Shown one piece after another: positions 63,702 to 64,000 of a stretch of DNA of 64,000 nt. The notes under the pieces are model-generated. The model saw only the letters and a list, made by a program, of their open reading frames with translations. It was not told the origin of the DNA and did no database searches. The number at the start of each line of letters is the position of its first letter. The first letter of the stretch is position 1. Origin of the DNA: a virus; IMG/VR virus record IMGVR_UViG_3300030106_005057, positions 14,995 to 78,994 of that record; one strand, 5' to 3'. Made by a program: the position numbers and the translations under genes.

Positions 63702-64000
63702 ATGAACAAGTTCACTAACAACCAATCTTCTGAAGAAACCACCGCCGCTTACCTTTACGAGCTGGAAGAAGCTCACCGTCAGGAAGAGCAGGAGTTGGCC
63801 GAAATCGCTGACGCACAGTGGCACGCCTTTCAGGATGACCACGATACGGACTTCTATGAGTGGACGGACGAGGCCATCGCGTGGGAGGAAGGGATGCGTT
63901 CGGATGAGTTGTATGACGAGGACGAACTCGATGAGCATGACCTGCGGGTCGCTCAGGCTGAGTGGGAAGCGGAGCAGGATGCGCCGTTTGGATTCATGGC
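63702..64000 (+). CDS. very acidic early protein (runs off window)
   Basis: GAAAGGA RBS; MNKFTNNQSSEETTAAYLYELEEAH...DELYDEDELDEHD... Confidence 0.7.
   Translation, partial: MNKFTNNQSSEETTAAYLYELEEAHRQEEQELAEIADAQWHAFQDDHDTDFYEWTDEAIAWEEGMRSDELYDEDELDEHDLRVAQAEWEAEQDAPFGFM

Noticed and set aside
1-64000. tRNA/rRNA genes, stop-codon reassignment, tail sheath, lysis genes, integrase
   Set aside because: None recognised; core genes are intact in the standard code and use TAA, TAG and TGA as stops

Overview
This is a 64-kb segment of a large, AT-rich tailed dsDNA phage genome in the standard genetic code. It looks siphovirus-like (tail tube and tape measure present, no sheath seen); the host cannot be read from the sequence. 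There are three blocks. (1) 1-15078 (+) covers replication, transcription and glycan genes: dNMP kinase end, PD-(D/E)XK nucleases, an intein-free split DnaE with a DEDDh exonuclease gene between the halves, a sigma factor, and a glycosyltransferase/nucleotidyltransferase cluster. (2) 15129-60040 (-) is the late region: a second sigma-like protein, GDP-mannose dehydratase, HNH, ERCC4, terminase, portal, protease/scaffold, capsid, fibres, neck, tube, chaperones, tape measure and tail tip, ending in PRTase-HAD, sulfotransferase, pyruvyl transferase and radical SAM genes. (3) 60074-64000 (+) is an early region of repeated sigma70 promoter/micro-gene cassettes punctuated by a composite palindromic element. 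The best leads are a nuclease-like domain bracketed by repeated motifs inside the tape measure, the promoter-cassette array with Fur-box-like elements, a possible virion glycan-decoration system paired with S/T-G-rich structural proteins, and the split DnaE. All calls come from motif reading by eye; no database search was run.
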